Below are positions 58,466 through 64,000 of a stretch of DNA of 64,000 nt, in pieces (the stretch's first letter is position 1; each line of letters starts with the position of its first letter). The notes under the pieces are model-generated. The model saw nothing but the letters and a program-made list of their open reading frames with translations. It ran no database searches and was not told the origin of the DNA. A program made the translations under genes and the position numbers. The DNA is from a virus (taxonomy: Duplodnaviria > Caudoviricetes): positions 64,001 to 128,000 of the IMG/VR virus record IMGVR_UViG_3300001528_000580. One strand, given 5' to 3'.

Positions 58466-59257
58466 CTAAAATTTTGGTGAGATTGGCATTTGTCTTTTAT
58501 GTTTAGAATTGTTATAAAGTTTTACAATTCTTTCAAATGCTTTTTCTTCAATTTGTTTATTACTAAGAAAGTCATCAATATTTTGATAACTAATTCCTAA
58601 TTCATCTTCATCTGTTTCACTAATTCCTAATCCCGCTGCTGGAGCTTTTTCAATAAGTTTATTGGGAACACTGAACCATTTTGCAATCTTATAAATTGTA
58701 GATTTTTTCAATCCACTCAAAGGATTTATATCAGTTCCGCCATCACCATATTTTGTAAAAAATCCAGTCAATGCTTCACCTGCATGATCAGTTCCAACAA
58801 CAAGACCATTAACATCTTGAGCATACATATATTGTAAAATCATTCTTGCTCTTGCATGAACATTTCCTGCAATAGTTTTACTTATATCTTTTTTGTATTC
58901 ATTGTAAAAACTATTTGCAATATTATAAATATCATAAGTTTTAAAACAGTATGGTTTAATTATATCAACCGATAATATAACATCATCCATATCTTTTTGA
59001 GTTCCGTAGGGTAAACTAATAAGATGAAGTTTTATTTTATATTCAGATATTTGATTGATATAATTACAAATAAGACCTGCAACTAAACTGTCAATGCCAC
59101 CAGATATACCAAGAACAAGATTATTCATTCTGTTTTGTTCAAGATAATCCTTGACAAATATTGCTCTTTTTTCAACAAGTTCTTTTATATCTAGACATAA
59201 TTGATCTTTGCTTACAAGTTCTTCAATAATTTTTTCTTGTATAGTTAATTCTTTCAT
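58466..59257 (-). CDS. nadE: NH3-dependent NAD+ synthetase
   Basis: LGISGGIDS, GNVHARARM, GTDHAGE..GFFTKYGDGG, TDEDELG, HKR. Confidence 0.93.
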   Translation of the reverse strand: MKELTIQEKIIEELVSKDQLCLDIKELVEKRAIFVKDYLEQNRMNNLVLGISGGIDSLVAGLICNYINQISEYKIKLHLISLPYGTQKDMDDVILSVDIIKPYCFKTYDIYNIANSFYNEYKKDISKTIAGNVHARARMILQYMYAQDVNGLVVGTDHAGEALTGFFTKYGDGGTDINPLSGLKKSTIYKIAKWFSVPNKLIEKAPAAGLGISETDEDELGISYQNIDDFLSNKQIEEKAFERIVKLYNNSKHKRQMPISPKF

Positions 59258-59265
59258 TTTTATTC

Positions 59266-59487
59266 CTATTGAGTTAAAATAAACTTAAGAGGTGGATCAA
59301 TTGTAACGTGCATTGGATTTCCATAATATGTAATAATAGAATTAACTTTTAAATTATCAAGATGATATTGTTGGATTTTATTTTTTCCAGCATATTGCTC
59401 AATAATCTCTTTTGCACTATCAATACTTGAAACATGTTCTAAACATGTTCTTGTTGCTAAATGAGTATTAATAATGATTAATTTCAT
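59266..59487 (-). CDS. hypothetical protein
   Basis: ORF in operon. Confidence 0.65.
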   Translation of the reverse strand: MKLIIINTHLATRTCLEHVSSIDSAKEIIEQYAGKNKIQQYHLDNLKVNSIITYYGNPMHVTIDPPLKFILTQ

Positions 59488-59496
59488 ATATTACCT

Positions 59497-59829
59497 TTAT
59501 ATGTTATATGATTCTACCTTGATTCCAAGTTTATCTATTACTTTTTTACAAGTTTCACATGGATGAATAGGAAGCAAACTTCCATCTTTTGCACTTCTGA
59601 TAATAACAATCTTTCTAATTTTCATGCCATATCTTTTAATCAGTTCTCTTTCGGCATGTTTTCCTTTACCTTTTCCAAGACCAATAGCTTTAATATCACC
59701 AAAACTATTGGAGCGCATACCAATATAATCACCTTTATTATTAAACCCCAAAGCAATAACTCTTTGAGTTAATATCTTTGGTTGTTTCTTTGCTTTTTTC
59801 AACGCTTTTTCTAACAAAACATCATTCAT
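59497..59829 (-). CDS. cytidine-deaminase-fold protein
   Basis: HAE...PCETC zinc motif. Confidence 0.75.
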   Translation of the reverse strand: MNDVLLEKALKKAKKQPKILTQRVIALGFNNKGDYIGMRSNSFGDIKAIGLGKGKGKHAERELIKRYGMKIRKIVIIRSAKDGSLLPIHPCETCKKVIDKLGIKVESYNI

Positions 59830-59843
59830 AACAATCAACCAAA

Positions 59844-60176
59844 TTATTTGTGCTCCACATGCGTACAATTTTCATCATGAATATGATTATGATCTTTATA
59901 AAGAGCATAACCAATAAAGATAATAGCAAACAAAATCATAATAGTTGTGATAATGTTAAACCAATTATGACTAATTTTGTGAAAGGTATTTTTCATTGCC
60001 CCGTACATTCCCTCTTGATGGGAAATAATATTTTTCACAGCACACTTTTTAGTGCAATGGGAGCATTCTTCTTTAGTGGCATGGCATTTACAAGTGCATT
60101 TCTTCCATAACCGAAGCCCAAAACCAAGAATTGCCATTCCTAAGCCAATTTCAATAACACCACCACACATACACAT
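59844..60176 (-). CDS. Cys/His-rich membrane protein
   Basis: Two TM segments, CxCxCH, His-rich tail. Confidence 0.65.
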   Translation of the reverse strand: MCMCGGVIEIGLGMAILGFGLRLWKKCTCKCHATKEECSHCTKKCAVKNIISHQEGMYGAMKNTFHKISHNWFNIITTIMILFAIIFIGYALYKDHNHIHDENCTHVEHK

Positions 60177-60286
60177 TTTTTATTCTCCTTGCTTTTATAC
60201 ATAGGGTTTTTTATTTCCGTTATATTATATACTATACAACAAAAACGAACTTTTTCAAGTCCGTTTAAAGAAAAAATCATGTTTTT

Positions 60287-60724
60287 TTAATAGAATCTGC
60301 GAATGATGGGTTGTATTTCAAGTTTACTATATCTTCCAGAATGACTTATATAAAAATCTCCACATTTTACTCTGCCCCCTCTAAATACACCACATAAATC
60401 TCTTGATGCTATATGTAATTGTGATTCATAAATTATTAATCGATCAATTTCACAATTACATTTTTTACATAAATCTACATATTGACTCCACAGTTTTTCA
60501 CAATATTCGTTTGCAAAGTAGTTAAAAACTTCTTTTCTAACTTTTGCTTTATATAATTCTAATTGTTTTTGATAATCTTTTTCATATACTTTGCATGTTG
60601 GGAAATGATCAATAGCAAATCTTTTTTTGCGAAAATATGGATCTTCCAGCATAAGAAAATATTTTGGAATTAACCATGCAATGAATACCAAAATCCCAAT
60701 AAAAATAAACAATCCCATAACCAC
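60287..60724 (-). CDS. membrane-anchored protein
   Basis: N-terminal TM, GGAGG RBS. Confidence 0.7.
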   Translation of the reverse strand: MVMGLFIFIGILVFIAWLIPKYFLMLEDPYFRKKRFAIDHFPTCKVYEKDYQKQLELYKAKVRKEVFNYFANEYCEKLWSQYVDLCKKCNCEIDRLIIYESQLHIASRDLCGVFRGGRVKCGDFYISHSGRYSKLEIQPIIRRFY

Positions 60725-60746
60725 CCTCCAATCTTTTGTTTAAAAA

Positions 60747-61376
60747 TCAATCACTATCTTCCATATACATTATTGCAGAATCTATCCAAAATAATGCCAT
60801 ATTAATCTTCTTTTCAGTAGCATATGCTTTTTCAACTTCTTTATGAATATATTCATATTTCATAACATGAAATTCATCTCTCAAATCGCCATAACCATAT
60901 TTAAAATTATTTTTTCTAAATATATCCAATTGTTTTTTTGTTAACAATACAGTGATAATTTTTGGGCAATAACCTAAATATTTAATTATAACAAGATAAT
61001 TATCATCAATGCAAATATCACAATCATGAATTATGAGAACTTCTTTTTCTTCAATGATTTTATTATCTTCTTTAGTAGAAGCTGGAAGTCCTAAGATTTC
61101 GTTTACATCAAAATCTAATTGAATAATTTCAGGTTTTACATCTTCTTTCCAAAATCTAAAATCACAATCTCTAAAACTAAGACAATTTTTATATCCAATA
61201 GGAGCAAATGAAAATAATTTTTCGATATTTTTTAACCGTCTTTCAATTTTCAAACCATAAAGTTTTTCTTTTATACGCTGAAAATAATAACCACTATCTC
61301 CACCATCAAATTCAACTTCTGAATTTTCAATAGTTTCAGCAATTTTTAAAATATTGTCTTCAAGTTCTTTTTTCAT
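60747..61376 (-). CDS. hypothetical protein
   Basis: ORF in operon. Confidence 0.7.
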   Translation of the reverse strand: MKKELEDNILKIAETIENSEVEFDGGDSGYYFQRIKEKLYGLKIERRLKNIEKLFSFAPIGYKNCLSFRDCDFRFWKEDVKPEIIQLDFDVNEILGLPASTKEDNKIIEEKEVLIIHDCDICIDDNYLVIIKYLGYCPKIITVLLTKKQLDIFRKNNFKYGYGDLRDEFHVMKYEYIHKEVEKAYATEKKINMALFWIDSAIMYMEDSD

Positions 61377-61395
61377 ATTTTTCTCATTTTATTTT

Positions 61396-61563
61396 TTAAA
61401 CATTATAATAATTTTGATCAAAAGGTTCAAAATATTTTTTCTCTTTATTACATCTTTTGCATTTGATATGCTTTATAGGAACGTTACCTAAAACTCCAAT
61501 AGGATAATATTTAATTAATTTCCATTCATGAAAACAAAACAATTGTTTAAGAAAGTTTTTCAT
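61396..61563 (-). CDS. small Zn-ribbon phage protein
   Basis: LFCFHEW...CKRC. Confidence 0.65.
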   Translation of the reverse strand: MKNFLKQLFCFHEWKLIKYYPIGVLGNVPIKHIKCKRCNKEKKYFEPFDQNYYNV

Positions 61564-61951
61564 AATCAAATTCTCCATCATCTTTAAACAAAGAAAAGTC
61601 ATTGTTTTTTAATGCTTTTTGCAAACAAATAATATGAATCTTTTTCATTCTTAATTCTTTTTCAAGCTCTTTTACTTCTGATAATACATCATTTAAACTA
61701 TTTTGTATTTTAAATTTAAAGTAATCTTCTTTTGATTTAAATAGTTCAAATTCAAGTGCGCTAAAAGATTTAGAAATATTACCAGCCTTAATTTCTACTC
61801 TATAAAGATATTTAACTCCACTATGATATTCTTCATATATATCTTTATAATTATAATGTTTTTCTACTATATCTATAATCCTACATTTTTGTAGTGGTGG
61901 TAATCCTTTCCACGCATAAAATACTGTATCATTAATATTATATTTTTGCAT
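61547..61951 (-). CDS. hypothetical protein
   Basis: KYNINDTVF phage motif. Confidence 0.7.
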   Translation of the reverse strand: MQKYNINDTVFYAWKGLPPLQKCRIIDIVEKHYNYKDIYEEYHSGVKYLYRVEIKAGNISKSFSALEFELFKSKEDYFKFKIQNSLNDVLSEVKELEKELRMKKIHIICLQKALKNNDFSLFKDDGEFDYEKLS

Positions 61952-61963
61952 TATTTATCCTTA

Positions 61964-62389
61964 TTAAATATATTTATCTTTATGTTTGTTTTTATGTTTA
62001 ATAATGAAGTCTTTAATTTTTAACCAATCAATAGGTTCATAAAGAAAAGATTTATCATCAATATAAAAATCTGCAAATATTTTTCTTGAATCATTTTTCC
62101 ACTTTTCAATAATAATATTTGCATTCCTATTTATACAATCGTAATGAATATCATGATATTTGAGAAAATCAATTGCAACATTTAAACCGTCAAAGTAGTA
62201 GTTATCTCTACATGTCCAAATAATTATTTCTACATTTAAAATATCATGTAAAAAGTTAATTACTTCTTTTGCGTTTGGTTTTATCTCATTTGCATAATAC
62301 CAACAATTTTCATTTGTAATAGTTCCATCAAAATCAACAGCAAGAATTAGTTTCCGCTTGAAATTTAATTCTCCATCATATATTCTCAT
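61964..62389 (-). CDS. HAD-superfamily hydrolase
   Basis: AVDFDGTI, WTCR, RKIFADFYIDDK. Confidence 0.88.
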   Translation of the reverse strand: MRIYDGELNFKRKLILAVDFDGTITNENCWYYANEIKPNAKEVINFLHDILNVEIIIWTCRDNYYFDGLNVAIDFLKYHDIHYDCINRNANIIIEKWKNDSRKIFADFYIDDKSFLYEPIDWLKIKDFIIKHKNKHKDKYI

Positions 62390-62658
62390 TTATTTTTCCC
62401 TTTTATATATTTATTATAAAAAGCAGATGTTACAGTTGGTTTATCTTCATCATCACAAAACAAATCAATTTTCACATATCCACGTTCATCATAATTAGTA
62501 TCATCTACAAAATTATGCCAAATATTTTTTCCTTTGCACCATATGCAAGGAATTTGCTTTATAGATAATCCTTCTGTATATAATCTTTCATCAAACATAT
62601 TTACAATATAAACATGTTTGTTTTCACAAACGCATTGATAATATCCTTCGCAAGACAT
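62386..62658 (-). CDS. hypothetical protein
   Basis: CENKH...CIWC...VDDTN. Confidence 0.7.
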   Translation of the reverse strand: MSCEGYYQCVCENKHVYIVNMFDERLYTEGLSIKQIPCIWCKGKNIWHNFVDDTNYDERGYVKIDLFCDDEDKPTVTSAFYNKYIKGKNK

Positions 62659-62668
62659 TTTTATTTCC

Positions 62669-63091
62669 CTATTTTATACATTTAGGTTTATCTTTTTTAG
62701 TTATTGCTGGATCGCAAATCCATGCTCCACCAACTTTTTCTAATTTTCCACAATGATTAGACCAATCTTCTCCCGCATTCATAAGAAGTTCAATTGCACT
62801 CCAAAATTCATCTTGTTTAATAGTAACATCAGAATAAAATGGACATTGTGAAACTTTATTATAAGATGATTTAAAATCTGCACAAATACAGCCTCCAGTT
62901 TTTGTATCTGTACGATAATTTCCAGCATATATTTCTACTTTGATTTCTGGTTTACAACCTAAGAAAGAAATATATTTATTACCAAATTTGTCAACCTCTT
63001 TATCTTCATACAGGACTTTAAATCCTTTAGATAAAAGATATTCTTTCCATTGGTTACAAATTTCAGTTACATCAATCTTTTTATTCTTCAT
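62669..63091 (-). CDS. hypothetical protein
   Basis: ORF in operon. Confidence 0.7.
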   Translation of the reverse strand: MKNKKIDVTEICNQWKEYLLSKGFKVLYEDKEVDKFGNKYISFLGCKPEIKVEIYAGNYRTDTKTGGCICADFKSSYNKVSQCPFYSDVTIKQDEFWSAIELLMNAGEDWSNHCGKLEKVGGAWICDPAITKKDKPKCIK

Positions 63092-63290
63092 ATATATCAC
63101 CTGTTATTTCCCATTGTTTTGTTCCGTCTTCATATTCAATTAAATCAGCTTTTAATTTTCCTGAATAAAAATCTTTGCAAGCCTTGATGTATCCATATTT
63201 AAAACCTGTTTCGTTAGCTGATTTTACTGTCATTACAAAAGTTGCTAATATCGCAATAATTGCTATAATTATAATTATTTTGTCAATCAT
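63081..63290 (-). CDS. membrane-anchored protein
   Basis: N-terminal TM, promoter upstream. Confidence 0.7.
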   Translation of the reverse strand: MIDKIIIIIAIIAILATFVMTVKSANETGFKYGYIKACKDFYSGKLKADLIEYEDGTKQWEITGDIYEE

Positions 63291-63365
63291 TTAAAATTTT
63301 CTTTCTAAAATTTCTATATTATAACATACACCATAAAAATAAAAATACAAACGAATTATAAAAAA

Positions 63366-63842
63366 TTATTGATTTTTTTGGGATTTAAAATATCTCAATA
63401 TTTCATCTTTTTCTTTTAGAACATTTTCATATTCTTGCATTGTATTTGTTTTACGAGCTACATATTCAGCAAATGTGATATTGAAATTTTTTAATCTCAT
63501 TTTTAAACGAAAATATTTATGTTTAAAGAAATAAAAATCTTCTGCACGTTTGAAATATTTATTTAATATTTTAACTTTAATTGGTATGAAACCAAATAAT
63601 CTTATAGTTTTTTTCTTTATTCCTAAAATTTTATTTTCATCATGTTCATATTTATATATTGTTTTTTGTTCTCTAATGGAACATGTATCTCCACCTAAAT
63701 AAATATTATAACTGTATGTTATTGTAATTAGCTTAGAATATTCACTTATAAAAGGTTTAACGGAAACTTTTATATCATTATCTGTACTTGATATTTTATC
63801 AAAATAATATCTTTTATCTTTATACTCAAAATAATCTTTCAT
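63366..63842 (-). CDS. hypothetical protein
   Basis: ORF, RBS. Confidence 0.7.
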   Translation of the reverse strand: MKDYFEYKDKRYYFDKISSTDNDIKVSVKPFISEYSKLITITYSYNIYLGGDTCSIREQKTIYKYEHDENKILGIKKKTIRLFGFIPIKVKILNKYFKRAEDFYFFKHKYFRLKMRLKNFNITFAEYVARKTNTMQEYENVLKEKDEILRYFKSQKNQ

Positions 63843-64000
63843 TATTATTTCCTATTTATTATTTATCTTTAATTTCTATTTCAATCTTATTGCCAAAATA
63901 GTTGAATTTTAATTTAGATTGATTGAAAAAATCTTCTGCAATATTTTTAAATTTATTCATTGTTTGTTCGTTTATTTTATTATCTTTTTGCGTAGATATT

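Noticed and set aside
314-63143. Many overlapping opposite-strand or alternate-frame ORFs (e.g. 314-712, 3168-3536, 4242-4703, 14382-14687, 30731-31147, 53349-53609)
   Set aside because: They are shadows of better-supported genes that have an RBS and promoter.
1-64000. Stop-codon reassignment, as in some jumbo phages
   Set aside because: Genes tile densely in code 11 and known proteins (SmpB, NadE, TnpA) are full length. The breaks found are frameshifts, not in-frame TAG or TGA.

Overview
This is a very AT-rich 64 kb segment of a large (jumbo-type) bacteriophage genome, read with the standard genetic code. No structural or core replication genes are recognisable. (1) 1-20 kb is a + strand array of short transcription units: a strong sigma70-like promoter (TTGAaa-N16/17-TGnTATAGT), 1-4 small ORFs, an intrinsic terminator, then the 20-bp palindrome TATTATTATCGATAATAATA (26 copies in the window). 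(2) 8.85-9.7 kb and 22.4-28.45 kb are non-coding RNA islands behind tandem promoters and boxA-like leaders. They hold tRNA-Lys, tRNA-Ile2/Met and tRNA-Leu, three HNH genes, five Cas12a-type (V-A) repeat handles with no cas genes, two RNAs that rebuild the 23S rRNA H43/H44 (uL11/thiostrepton, GTPase-associated centre) fold with compensatory base changes, and permuted-tRNA and anticodon-arm mimics in a shared scaffold. (3) 29.4-64 kb is a dense, mostly - strand run of small genes: smpB, a GatB/YqeY protein, a RelA/SpoT-type HD hydrolase, nadE, a methyltransferase, deaminase-, HAD- and NTase-like proteins, tRNA-Arg, and an IS607-family TnpA/TnpB insertion. The best candidate for an undescribed system is the set of phage-encoded RNA mimics or decoys (rRNA GAC mimic, Cas12a handle mimics, tRNA mimics). 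Protein calls rest on motif recognition by eye, with no database searches.
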